Program-made: the position numbers and the translations under genes
Part shown: piece after piece, positions 41,175-50,990 of the stretch
How positions within the stretch are numbered: the first letter of the stretch is position 1
Layout: each line of letters begins with the position of its first letter
The notes under the pieces: generated by a model
Told to the model about the DNA's origin: nothing
What the model saw: only the letters and a program-made list of their open reading frames with translations
Database searches by the model: none
NCBI GenBank assembly: GCA_000092065.1
Contig: CP000584.1
DNA length: 64,000 nt
Origin: Ostreococcus lucimarinus
Lineage: Eukaryota
Strand: one strand, 5' to 3'

Positions 41175-41912
41175 TTAAATACCGACGGCTTTTAAGACGT
41201 CGGCGATCTCGGGATGCGCACCCGGGAGCGCGTCGGCCCAAGCGTATTCGACGTCGTCGCCGGCTAAAACGAACGTGCCGCCGAGACGCAACACACCCTC
41301 TGGAACGCCCTTTTGACCCTTCTTGATCGGCGCCAACTTCCCCGCGTTCCCGAGATACGCCAACCAATCCTTGAACGAAAAGTTCGTCGGCTTCAAATCC
41401 ACCTTCTCCGGCTTGGCGTCGGTAAATTTCCCGAATCCGCACGCGTCGTACAGCGCGAAATCGTCGCTATCGTCGACGAACGCGATGTCGCTCGGAATCT
41501 CCGGATTCAACTCCAAAAACGTCCTCAACTGCTCCGCCGTCCCGAGACTCACGAGCGTCACGCTCCCGCCCGCCGCCTCGATCCGTCCTCGACTGTCCGC
41601 CACGCTCCGCGCGTAGCTCCAACAAAACAGTCACGCGAGGTGACGAAGCACGACGACGACGTTCGGCGCGCCCGACGTCGCGCGTCCGAGCGGCGCGCGC
41701 GTCCCGTCGGCGCCGACGATCTCGCACGCGCGCAGCGCGGCCGCGGAGACGCTCGCGCCGTTGATGGTCGCCGTTCGCGCGCCGACGTCGTCGTCGACCG
41801 CGCACGCGATCTCGCCGCAGTCGAGCGCGCGCGGCGCGACGCGGCGCGCGGCGCGCGCGCGACGCGCGGCGACCGGCGCGGGCGCGACGGTCGGCGCGCG
41901 CGCGGCGCGCAT
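41175..41912 (-). CDS. SELU: selenoprotein U (SelU/PRXL2 family, AhpC/TSA thioredoxin-like) with in-frame TGA, candidate Sec codon, at 41631..41633
   Basis: Track ORFs 41631..41912 and 41175..41603 are in the same frame, separated only by the TGA at 41633..41631. Read-through gives ...APNVVVVLRHLA-U-LFCWSYARSVADSRGRIEAAGGSVTLVSLGTAEQLRTFLE...LGGTFVLAGDDVEYAWADALPGAHPEIADVLKAVGI. This is collinear with PRXL2B ...[40 protein letters not shown]...GGLLVVSKGGDKVLLHFVQ..., with the TGA at the first Cys of CxxC. Confidence 0.7.
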
Positions 41913-41995
41913 GGCGTCGCTCGAGCGTCGCGATGTGACTCGCGCGCGGTGCGCGGTCGCGCGTCAGACGCGCGCGCGGCGCGACGGCGGCGACG

Positions 41996-42868
41996 ATGCC
42001 GGCGCGCGCGCGCGGGGCGACGCTCGCGTACGACGTCCCGAGGCTTCGCCTGGACGCCGCGACGCGCGCGGAGGTGGACGCGCTCCTGCGACGACGCGCG
42101 CCGTTGATTTTGGTGGATGACGACGCGCGCGCGCGCGTGCCGCGGTGGACGACGGAGACGCTCGCGCGCGCGGCGAGTCGCGACGCCGTCCCGCTCGAGC
42201 GCACGGGCGCGAACGAACGCGCGTGCGTCTTGACGGAGTATCTCAAGTTTGAAGACGAAGAGACGCGCGGGATGTACATGCGAAACTTGCACCTGTCGCG
42301 GTACTTTCCGAAGCTCGCCGAGGAGATTCGGTTGCCGGAGGATTTGTTCGGCGAGAACGCGCTGGCGGACGAGACGAAAACGCCGAACGCGCCCGCCGTC
42401 TGGCGGAATTGGTTCGAGCTGTTCGTGTGTCACGCGAAGCACTGCGCCGGGTTTCCTTTTTTACATCGCGATTCGTGCTGCGTGCACGCGGCGTCGTATC
42501 AAATTCTCGGTCGCAAGCGCTTCACGCTGTTCGCGCCGAGCGAAGGTCCGCGACTGTACCAATCCGGCGGCACTGGGAATCGTTCGATGATCGAAGACAT
42601 CGACGCCCCGGACGTCTTCGAGCGATATCCAGAGTTTCGACGCGCCCGCCGCTTAACGGTGGACGTCTCGGAGGGGGAAATATTAGTCGTGCCGTCGATG
42701 TGGTGGCACACCGCTTCGCCGCTCCCGTGCGAAGCCTCGGACGACGTCTGCGTCAGCGTCGCCGCGTCCTTCGTCGATGATTCCGTGTACGAAAACTTCT
42801 TAGACGCGCACGCGGAGTTTCAGGCGATGCAAAGCCTCGTCGCCGCCGGCGCGGCGAAGATGTTGTAG
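41996..42868 (+). CDS. JmjC-domain (cupin-8) protein
   Basis: WRNWFELFVCHAKHCAGFPFLHRDSCCVHAASYQILGRKRFTLFAPS...VVPSMWWHTA is the JmjC double-stranded beta-helix with the HxD...H iron ligands. Confidence 0.65.
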   Translation: MPARARGATLAYDVPRLRLDAATRAEVDALLRRRAPLILVDDDARARVPRWTTETLARAASRDAVPLERTGANERACVLTEYLKFEDEETRGMYMRNLHLSRYFPKLAEEIRLPEDLFGENALADETKTPNAPAVWRNWFELFVCHAKHCAGFPFLHRDSCCVHAASYQILGRKRFTLFAPSEGPRLYQSGGTGNRSMIEDIDAPDVFERYPEFRRARRLTVDVSEGEILVVPSMWWHTASPLPCEASDDVCVSVAASFVDDSVYENFLDAHAEFQAMQSLVAAGAAKML

Positions 42869-42906
42869 TCGTAACGTACGAAAAGTTCTCAGACTGCGAC
42901 GCCGCG

Positions 42907-44946
42907 ATGCGAAGCGCGTCCGGCGCCGCCGCCTCGACGGCGTCGTCACCGCGCGCGCGCGATCCTCGCGCGCGCCGCGCCGCGCCGCGCGTCGCCGTCA
43001 CCGCGCGCGCGGTGACGCGAGCGGACGCACCGCGCGCGCCGTCGCCCGCGCCCGAGAACGCGGACCAGAACACGCTGCTCGCGACCGCCGCGGTCGTCGG
43101 CGTCGCGAGCGGACTCGCGGTGTCCGCGTTCGCGGCGACGGAGAAGGCGATCAACGTGGTGGCGAGCGCGAGCTGCGCGAGCGTCGGGTGCGACGGCGCG
43201 GCGGCGTTCGGCGCGCTGGATCCGGGAGGAGAACTGGGGAACGCGCTGGGCACGGTCGCGGTGCCAGCGCTCGGAGGATTGTGCGTGAGTGCGCTTCGAG
43301 CGCTCGCGGGGGGGTTCGCGGGAGAACCGGAGCGAGGATGGATGTTTGGGAAGGCGAGCGCGAACGCGGGGAGCGCGAGCACGGACGATTACGCGGGGAT
43401 CGATTTGAATGAGTTCGATGAGAACGAGGACGTCAGGGTCGGCGTTAAGGTGCTCGCGAAGACCGCGGCGGCGGCGATCACACTCGGGACGGGATGTTCG
43501 CTCGGGCCAGAAGGGCCAAGCGTGGAGATTGGCGCGGCGGTGGCGGATCGAGTGGGCGCGGCGTTTCCATCCGTGGCGCCGAATAGATTGGGATTATTAG
43601 CCGCGGGGGCCGCCGCGGGGTTTAGCGCGGGTTTCGGCGCGCCGATTTCCGGGTTGTTCTTCGGGTTTGAGTCAATTCTCGTGCCCGGGTCGAAAGCTGG
43701 TGGTGATGGCGACACCAAAGCTGGCGCGGTGACGACGGAGATGGTCATCTTGGCGAGTGTCTTGGCGACAGTGGCGAGTAAAGCCGTCCTCGGCGCGCTG
43801 CCTTCCGTGGACGTGCCGCCGTTTGAAATTTCGGACTTTGTCGAGCTTCCTTTGTACCTGCCGCTCGGGTTCGCGTGTGGAGTCACCGCCGCTGCTCTGA
43901 GAAAGATGAATGTCGTTTTTGACGATTTCGCGGAGAATTTCGTCGCCGTAGAACGCGAAAAAGGCGGGTTGGGCATTTCTAGAATATGGCACGCCCCGAT
44001 AGGGGGATTTCTGCTCGGCTGCCTGGCGTTGAAGTTTCCTCAGGTGACGTACCAAGGTTTCGATAACGTCAACGCGCTGCTTGTGCAAAACGATGCCGGC
44101 GCTGGTTGGGCCGCGGCGACGTATACTCCATTGGTTCTCGGCGAGTTCGTGCTCGCGAAACTGCTCGCGACGGCGATTTGTCGAGGTTCAGGGTTGGTCG
44201 GTGGCGTATATGCACCTTCTCTATTTTTAGGCGCCGCTTTGGGTACGGCTTTCGGTGGCGCACTGGAATCGACGTATTTCCCACCTATGTTTGTCGCGCC
44301 GCCGCAAGCATACGCGCTCGTCGCCATGGCCGGCGTTCTCGGGGGCGTTTGTCGCGTCCCTCTCACAGCCATATTGCTTTTGTTCGAGCTCACAGGTGAT
44401 TATAGAATAATTTTGCCGCTGATGGGTACCGTCACGGTCGCAACCTCCATCGTGAATTCAGTGGAGACGAGCGCGGTGCCTTTCAGCACGAGCGACATCG
44501 AGACGCGCGGCGTGGCGGCTCTCGCTAGCTCGCTCGTGGCCCGTCCGCGTGATCTCATGAGGAGCGATATCGTCATCATCGATGAGGAGACTACGATTGA
44601 AGCGGCTTCGATGACTCTTTTGAGGGTATCTGATTCCGAAAATCCGCCGCCGTGCGCGTTCGTCGTCGCCGACGGCGTGTTCGTCGGCGTCGTCACTCCG
44701 AGTAGCATCGCGGATGCCATTGTGCAGCGCGGATTTGATACGCGTGCGCGCGTCGCTGAAGCATTGATCGACGTGAAGGTCATAGAGCCCGACGTCAAGT
44801 TACGAGACGTCGACTTCGCCGATGACGGCGCATTCGCCGTCGTTGTCGACTCGTCCAATCAGCCCTTGGGCGTGGTCGAGACTAGCGCGGCGTTGAAGCA
44901 AATGAGTCGCGAGCGTCTTCGTTCTGCCTTGTCTGGCGAATTGTAA
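42907..44946 (+). CDS. CLC: CLC-family chloride channel/transporter with C-terminal CBS domains (plastid ClC-e/f-like)
   Basis: GSGLVGGVYAPSLFLGAALG, GPEGPSVEIGAAVA and GFGAPISGLFFGFE are CLC selectivity/gating motifs. Transit peptide present. Confidence 0.85.
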   Translation: MRSASGAAASTASSPRARDPRARRAAPRVAVTARAVTRADAPRAPSPAPENADQNTLLATAAVVGVASGLAVSAFAATEKAINVVASASCASVGCDGAAAFGALDPGGELGNALGTVAVPALGGLCVSALRALAGGFAGEPERGWMFGKASANAGSASTDDYAGIDLNEFDENEDVRVGVKVLAKTAAAAITLGTGCSLGPEGPSVEIGAAVADRVGAAFPSVAPNRLGLLAAGAAAGFSAGFGAPISGLFFGFESILVPGSKAGGDGDTKAGAVTTEMVILASVLATVASKAVLGALPSVDVPPFEISDFVELPLYLPLGFACGVTAAALRKMNVVFDDFAENFVAVEREKGGLGISRIWHAPIGGFLLGCLALKFPQVTYQGFDNVNALLVQNDAGAGWAAATYTPLVLGEFVLAKLLATAICRGSGLVGGVYAPSLFLGAALGTAFGGALESTYFPPMFVAPPQAYALVAMAGVLGGVCRVPLTAILLLFELTGDYRIILPLMGTVTVATSIVNSVETSAVPFSTSDIETRGVAALASSLVARPRDLMRSDIVIIDEETTIEAASMTLLRVSDSENPPPCAFVVADGVFVGVVTPSSIADAIVQRGFDTRARVAEALIDVKVIEPDVKLRDVDFADDGAFAVVVDSSNQPLGVVETSAALKQMSRERLRSALSGEL

Positions 44947-44957
44947 TTACATTATTT

Positions 44958-47642
44958 CTAGTCAACTCGCGAAATTGTCGCCATTTCGTTCATTACCTGG
45001 CCGTTCTCGACCCATGATAACTTCAGACGGAGCGCTATCGGCTTGCCTTCGTGTCCCGCCGCCGCCGAGACGAGCATGTTTTGCGTCACCGGCGCGCTCG
45101 ATGATATCGTCGACCCACTCGCCGCTTGCATGCTAAGAGTCATGGTTTTAGGAACCGCTGCGTGTAGAGAAAAGTTTTCGATATCAGCTGGACCCGCGTT
45201 AACGTAGCGAGCGCTCACGAGCGTCTTGCTTTGGTCGAGCTGATTCGGCTTTGACGCCGACAAGAAGATTGACAAAGAACCTTTCGCGTACGCCGGTTGC
45301 GGTGCTGTCGGAGGCGTGGGGGCCGTAGGCGCACCCAGCGCATCGATCAAGGATCCGGTAGAGGACGAAGAAACCACCGGGACATCGTCTGACATTAGAT
45401 CCATCAAGCCCGCGACGGCAGCCGGATGTGCCGCGTCCATGTTAGCAAACGGATCCGTCGTGGGCACTGGCGAAGACGACGACATCAGATCGCCGAGAAC
45501 ATCAACACGTGCCGAAGTAATAGTATGTGACACCGATGCCGAGCTCATATCGGTGCTACCGAAAAGATCAGCCAACGCGTCCGGCGCCGACGCCTTCGGT
45601 GGCGCGCTCGCCGGTATCGCTACGTCGGCTAGCATGTCACCGAGTAAATCCATCGCCTGACTTTGTTTCGCAGGCGTCACCGGCGCCGACGTCGGCGCAT
45701 CTGCCGAACTAGGGCTGAGTAAATCGTTCAACAAGTCGGCGCCGCTAGTTTGCGCCTGCGACGAGTCACCTTCATCGAAATTCAACAAGTCGCCAAAGCT
45801 TCTCGCCGGTCGAGCCGCGTCCGCAGCCTTTTTCTGAGCTAGAGTTTCCATGGTATCCGCAGCGACGAATTTCGGTGCCTCGGGAGGTGGCATGTGCTCG
45901 AAGAGCATATCCCGGAGATCTGGCATCTTTTCAAACATCGATTTGTACTCGTGCGCGCGCTTTTGCGTTTCGAGCTCGAGTGTTGTCTCATACTTGGCCA
46001 AGACGGGTATGATGACGGCTTGTTCGCTCGGTTCGCGCACCGCAATCTTGGCAAGCGCCGTCATGACTAACGGTCTCAACATCAGGTACTTTTCCTCGCT
46101 CAGAATCGCGATCATAAGCTTCGTGACATCGTTATGCTTCACCTTGGTCAATACTTCGTCCTCGACGGACGGCGCGTGCACCATCGCGTCTGAGTATTCC
46201 CCGCACACCCACACCGCGACTGCGCACAAACGCACGGGAGCATAATCGTCGCACGCCGCGCGATACAATGAACGCGCAGCGTAGCCGTGAAGCTGAGGCG
46301 TCCGCGCGACGAGCCCCATGAAATCGTTGCACTCGAGCTCGTCAATGTACTGCCCAGCGCGAATGAGGAGGGCGATGAACGTGTCAATGTACCACTGCTT
46401 ACTCGGCGAAAACTTCAATGCCAAGGAGGATATTTTCTTTGCCAACTCACACTTGAACTCCTCATCGCACACCTCCAAGTACTCGAGCAACTCATGTGAC
46501 AGCGTGGTGACGTTCTTGGCGTTCACCAAGCCGTACACTAATTGCAGCGCGCTTCGCCGAATGGTGATGTCCGCGTCTTTCACGCAATTCACGATGATAG
46601 CGCGGTGACGTTGGATGGCTTGCATGTCCACCTCGACAACTTTCGCGAGCGTATTCAGCGCGACGTAACGTATGTTGTTATCCTTGTTCTGTAAAAACCT
46701 GCCCAGAATGTTCACCGCCAGCACGCGCAAACCACCCACGGCCTCGATGGCGATGATGGTCTCGACAGCCTCGTACAGAATAGCGTTCCCGGCATTCTTC
46801 GCGCCATCCGTGTTCGACGCGATCTGCGCCAATATGTCGCTCATCGCATCGCTCGCGTCCGCGTCGCCTCGACCGAGCACGCGAAGCAATCGTAAAATCG
46901 CCACTTGCAAAAACGGATCCGCGTGACCGGCGATGTCGTGCTCAACACTCTTCCCCGCGTAAATCAACGACTTCAAAACCTTGCACAACTGCGGCACCTG
47001 CGCTCGCATTCTCTGCCGCACGTCGTCATCGTCTTCACACATCTCCGTCGCCAGCGTACACGCCGCCAGCAGCACCCCGTGATGCCTATCGCTCAACAAC
47101 TTTTCCGCCGCCGGCACGAACCCCTCCGTCAACTCTGGCACTTTTTTAATCACCCTCGTCGCCGTCAGCGCCGCCTTCTTCCTCACGTACGAATTCCCGT
47201 GTCCCATCAACTGCTCAACCTCCCCCGCCACGTCCCTCGCCATCTCCGCGCTGCATATGCTCCCCAACATGCACAACCCGAGTCCCACCACGTAGTGATT
47301 CTTATGACTCAAGTCGTTCTTCACGCTATTCGTCACCAGCATCGTCACCTCCTGGTCCTCGTCCAGCAGCAGCATCAGCCCCAGGTACCCGATCCGTTTC
47401 TCCGGGAACCCGTTCCTCGCCGTCAATCGCACGCACTCCATCTGCCCGAAGTGCGTCGCGTGTCCGAGCATGTGCACGAACATCAGCTTCGCGACGTTTC
47501 TCGGGACGAATCGCGCCTCGTCGGGGTTCCTGAACGACTCCCGAATCGCGCTCGACTCGCGCGCGATCACCGCGCGCTCCTCCGCCGCGGTCTTGCACTC
47601 GCGCACCTTGCGGATGAGGTCCCGCAGGCGCAGCGTCGACAT
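44958..47642 (-). CDS. AP-1 complex gamma-adaptin (with C-terminal GAE ear)
   Basis: N-terminus MSTLRLRDLIRKVRECKTAAEERAVIARESSAIRESF...NVAKLMFVHMLGHATHFGQMECVRLTA matches gamma-adaptin [38 protein letters not shown]... Confidence 0.85.
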   Translation of the reverse strand: MSTLRLRDLIRKVRECKTAAEERAVIARESSAIRESFRNPDEARFVPRNVAKLMFVHMLGHATHFGQMECVRLTARNGFPEKRIGYLGLMLLLDEDQEVTMLVTNSVKNDLSHKNHYVVGLGLCMLGSICSAEMARDVAGEVEQLMGHGNSYVRKKAALTATRVIKKVPELTEGFVPAAEKLLSDRHHGVLLAACTLATEMCEDDDDVRQRMRAQVPQLCKVLKSLIYAGKSVEHDIAGHADPFLQVAILRLLRVLGRGDADASDAMSDILAQIASNTDGAKNAGNAILYEAVETIIAIEAVGGLRVLAVNILGRFLQNKDNNIRYVALNTLAKVVEVDMQAIQRHRAIIVNCVKDADITIRRSALQLVYGLVNAKNVTTLSHELLEYLEVCDEEFKCELAKKISSLALKFSPSKQWYIDTFIALLIRAGQYIDELECNDFMGLVARTPQLHGYAARSLYRAACDDYAPVRLCAVAVWVCGEYSDAMVHAPSVEDEVLTKVKHNDVTKLMIAILSEEKYLMLRPLVMTALAKIAVREPSEQAVIIPVLAKYETTLELETQKRAHEYKSMFEKMPDLRDMLFEHMPPPEAPKFVAADTMETLAQKKAADAARPARSFGDLLNFDEGDSSQAQTSGADLLNDLLSPSSADAPTSAPVTPAKQSQAMDLLGDMLADVAIPASAPPKASAPDALADLFGSTDMSSASVSHTITSARVDVLGDLMSSSSPVPTTDPFANMDAAHPAAVAGLMDLMSDDVPVVSSSSTGSLIDALGAPTAPTPPTAPQPAYAKGSLSIFLSASKPNQLDQSKTLVSARYVNAGPADIENFSLHAAVPKTMTLSMQAASGSTISSSAPVTQNMLVSAAAGHEGKPIALRLKLSWVENGQVMNEMATISRVD

Positions 47643-47707
47643 GATTCGCGCGCCGAGCGGACCCGGGCGTCACACTCTGCCGCGCCGCGTCGCGATTCGC
47701 GCGAGCG

Positions 47708-48967
47708 ATGCGCGCGCACGGCGTCGTGCTCGCGCTCGAGCGCGACGCGCCGTTCGGAGACGCGCTCCTGCGCGACGGCGACGCGTCGAGATACGACCTG
47801 GAGTGCGGCATGGCGCCGCTCGCGCACCACGCGCTGCGCGCGATCGCGTCGATGCGGCGACATCGCTGCGAGAAAATCACCGTCGTGTGCGCGGGAGACG
47901 CGCACGCGAGCGTCGCGCGCGAGCGAATCGAGCGATGGCGGGGAGAACCGTCGAGCGCGCTGCGAGAGGCGCCGACGATCGACGTGGTGGCGGCGGACGA
48001 GGGGACGGACACGGCGCGCGCGCTGGCGGCGTGCGAACGGTTCGCGGACGAGACGACGACGACGCTGCTGGTCGTGCAGGGAGACGTCGTGACGGATGTC
48101 GCGCTGGATGATGTGCTGAGCACACATTTGGTGAACGCGGCGACGGCGACGTGCGCGCTGGCGAAGAAACGGGCGTGGGCGGAGGTTGAGACGAAGGCGG
48201 GGCGAGCGCCGAAGGGGATGCGATACGTCGGGTTGAACGCGGATGAGACGCGCGTGGTTTTTCTCGCGGGAGGCGAACACGACGAGGCGAAGAAACGGTT
48301 GAAGTTGCAGCGGTCGGCGCTGAACGCGACGGCGGAGATGGTGATCAGGACGGATGTGATCGACGTGGGGATTTACGCTTTGGAGGCGCGAGAGACGTTC
48401 GCGGCGCTGCGAGAGAAGACGCATTTGAAGAGCTTACGGTTCGACTTGGTGCCGCACTTCGCCGCCGAGCAGTTTCGCGGCACCACCGCGGGCGGGGTGG
48501 CGGCGTACATGGTGAAGCCGGACAAGTATTGCGTCGCCGTGGATACGGCGAAGCCGGCGCTTCTCGAGGCGTCGCGAGAAATCGCCGCCGAGTTCCATCA
48601 CTTGCTCGAACGACCTCTGAGCAAGTACGACAACGTCGTCGACCCATCAACGGTGATCGGGGCCAAGAGTACGATCGGACCGGGATGTGCGGTGGCTGGT
48701 CAGTGCACGTTCAAGGACAAATGTTCGGTGAAGAAATCCGTCGTCGCCGCGGATTGCGTGTTTGGGTCGGGCGTTAAAATTTCCAACTCTCTCATTCTTA
48801 GAGGCGCCGTCGTGCACGATGGCGCACAGATTCAAGGCTGTATCGTCGGTCCCGGCGCCGTCATCGGCGCGCGTGTCACGGCAAAGGATAGCATCATCGG
48901 CGCCGCGTACGAAGTCGAAGAAGACGCCGACTTGGACGCCGAGACCGTGGTGGTCCAGAACAAGTAG
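47708..48967 (+). CDS. eIF2B gamma-like (nucleotidyltransferase plus left-handed beta-helix hexapeptide repeats)
   Basis: N-terminal NTP-transferase-like fold. C-terminal hexapeptide repeats (VIGAKSTIGPGCAVAGQCTF...VVHDGAQIQGCIVGPGAVIGARV). Size fits eIF2B gamma. Confidence 0.55.
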   Translation: MRAHGVVLALERDAPFGDALLRDGDASRYDLECGMAPLAHHALRAIASMRRHRCEKITVVCAGDAHASVARERIERWRGEPSSALREAPTIDVVAADEGTDTARALAACERFADETTTTLLVVQGDVVTDVALDDVLSTHLVNAATATCALAKKRAWAEVETKAGRAPKGMRYVGLNADETRVVFLAGGEHDEAKKRLKLQRSALNATAEMVIRTDVIDVGIYALEARETFAALREKTHLKSLRFDLVPHFAAEQFRGTTAGGVAAYMVKPDKYCVAVDTAKPALLEASREIAAEFHHLLERPLSKYDNVVDPSTVIGAKSTIGPGCAVAGQCTFKDKCSVKKSVVAADCVFGSGVKISNSLILRGAVVHDGAQIQGCIVGPGAVIGARVTAKDSIIGAAYEVEEDADLDAETVVVQNK

Positions 48968-49170
48968 CTAGCGTGCAATTAATATGGTACAACACGATTA
49001 TTTCAAGACGCGACGCAATTCGTCGATTTTAAACCCTCGACTCCGCCGACGCGCGCCGTGTGACTAGGCTAAAGACTACGCTACGCTAAAACTCTCAAGC
49101 CGCGAGCGCCGACAACGTCGGCGACACCGCGACGATTTCGCACGCGCACGCCCGCTCCTGCGACTCGTCC

Positions 49171-50433
49171 ATGTACCCCGTCAAACTCAACGCGCTCCAC
49201 AACTTCCTACGATTCTCGTGCGCCACCTTCACCACGAACGTCCCCGCGAACGCCTCCCCCGCGCCCGCGCGCTCGCCGCCGACGAATTCCACCTCGAACC
49301 CGCCGTCGATCGCCCCGTGCGCCCGTCGCACCGCCGCGCGCACCATCGACTCCAAGCCCGCGCGCGACCACTTCCACGTCGCGTCTCGCGTGATCCTGCG
49401 CGTCGTTCGCGCGCGCGTCGTCGTCGTCAGTCTTCCAGTCTTCGTCCTCCCGCGCGCCTCGCGAGCGCCGACGCGTCCGTTCGCCGTCGCGCGCGCGCCT
49501 CGCCTCGCCTCGCCGACGCACAGTCGTATCCTCACGTACGCCCACCGCGCGCGCGGGAGCTCGAACGTGCGCTGCGCGACGTCGCTATCCATCGCGCGCG
49601 CTCGCGTGACGCCGCACTCCATGCCGACGCCCGCGCTCGCGCGCCTCGCGCTCGCGCGCCCGCGCGCGGACGTCCGCGCGGCGCGCGCGCGCGCGCGCGC
49701 CAACGTCAACGCCGACCTCGCGGACGTCGAGCGCGACGCGCGGAACGCCGGGCGCGCGCTCGTGCGCGTCTCGCGCGCGTTCGCCGTCGACCTCGGCGAC
49801 GCCGCGCGCGACGGCGCGCGCACCGCGCGCGAGTACGTCGCGCTGCCGGCGACGGAGTACAATCTCATCGACCCGGAGAACGTGTCGCGCGCGAGCGACG
49901 ACGCGAACGGGTTCGTCGTGAGCGCGGGGAGGCAAAAGCTGCTGTTTCTGGACGTCGAGCCGCGCGGGACGGTGCGCGTCGACGCGAGCGAGGAGGGATG
50001 CGTGCAGTCGCTCGTGGACGCGGTGATCGTGAATCGTAACCCGGACGACGCGAAGGCGACGAAAATAATCGACGCGATCAACGCGAGCCTGAAGGACCTG
50101 CGGTTGAGGAACGAGGTGACGGCGACGCGCTGCGAGGACACGGGGCGGGCGAGCATACGATGCCAAATCGACGTGTGGGGGGACTTTCGAGAGGGCGTGT
50201 TCGCGCGCGCGGGAACGCGGTTGAACACGATCTTAGGATGGAGCTTGGGGGCGGTGATGCCGTGGTTTTTGACGCAGCTCGCGGCGGATTACGCGAGATG
50301 GGCGCGCGACGAGCCGCGGACGACGGCGGAGAACGCGTCCCTGGCGAGCGTGGCGGGGAAAATCATCGCGGGGAGTCGAGGGAAGCTTCCCGAGGGCGTG
50401 CGCGAGTGCGAGTGCGTTGAAATAGTGCGATAA
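49171..50433 (+). CDS. conserved hypothetical protein (plastid-targeted; DUF-type)
   Basis: ATG at 49171. The plus frame has strong GC3 bias from the first codons (atg tac ccc gtc aaa ctc aac gcg ctc cac aac ttc...), which rejects the overlapping minus ORF 49095..50228. Confidence 0.55.
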   Translation: MYPVKLNALHNFLRFSCATFTTNVPANASPAPARSPPTNSTSNPPSIAPCARRTAARTIDSKPARDHFHVASRVILRVVRARVVVVSLPVFVLPRASRAPTRPFAVARAPRLASPTHSRILTYAHRARGSSNVRCATSLSIARARVTPHSMPTPALARLALARPRADVRAARARARANVNADLADVERDARNAGRALVRVSRAFAVDLGDAARDGARTAREYVALPATEYNLIDPENVSRASDDANGFVVSAGRQKLLFLDVEPRGTVRVDASEEGCVQSLVDAVIVNRNPDDAKATKIIDAINASLKDLRLRNEVTATRCEDTGRASIRCQIDVWGDFREGVFARAGTRLNTILGWSLGAVMPWFLTQLAADYARWARDEPRTTAENASLASVAGKIIAGSRGKLPEGVRECECVEIVR

Positions 50434-50456
50434 ATATTGATTGATTTACATATTAC

Positions 50457-50990
50457 CTACAGCTCGTCGCGCGCGGTTGGACACGACCCGCTCGCCGCGT
50501 CGCACGTCTCCTCCTCCGCGAACGCCGCCGCGGTGTCGAACTCCAATCCATTCAGCACAAACCACGTGTTCGCGTCGTATTCGTCCCCGACCACTATTTT
50601 CCCATCCATCGTCACCGTCAACGAGCGCTCCGCGCCCTTCATCGTCACCTTCCACGGTTCGTCTCGCGTCGGTCGCGCCTCCGCCGGCAGCGGCGTCGCC
50701 AGCGCGTCGCTCCCCGCCTCCGTCGTCGCCGTGTTCGAGAACCATCCCCTGAACCGCGCCCGTCCGCCCGCGTCGACGTAATAACTCGGTCGATCGTACG
50801 ATTTCACCGTCTCGAACGCGTCCTCGTCCAGCGCGAGCTCGCGCCAGCGCGACGCCGCGGCCGATGGCGCCGATGGCTCGACCGACGCCTCCGCCGCGGC
50901 GCGTCCGCGCGTCGCCGCGCCGAGCGCGAGCGTCACCGCGATCGCGACGCGCGTCGACCACCCCGCGCGCGCGCGCGCGCGTCGCGACAT
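50457..50990 (-). CDS. small secretory-pathway protein with signal peptide and C-terminal RDEL ER-retention motif
   Basis: MSRRARARAGWSTRVAIAVTLALGAA signal peptide with ATG at 50990..50988. Ends ...CPTARDEL. Confidence 0.5.
   Translation of the reverse strand: MSRRARARAGWSTRVAIAVTLALGAATRGRAAAEASVEPSAPSAAASRWRELALDEDAFETVKSYDRPSYYVDAGGRARFRGWFSNTATTEAGSDALATPLPAEARPTRDEPWKVTMKGAERSLTVTMDGKIVVGDEYDANTWFVLNGLEFDTAAAFAEEETCDAASGSCPTARDEL

Noticed and set aside
49095-50228. 377-aa minus-strand ORF with a protein-like C-terminus opposite the conserved hypothetical gene
   Set aside because: The plus frame shows strong GC3 codon bias from its first ATG (A/T confined to positions 1-2). The minus frame does not.
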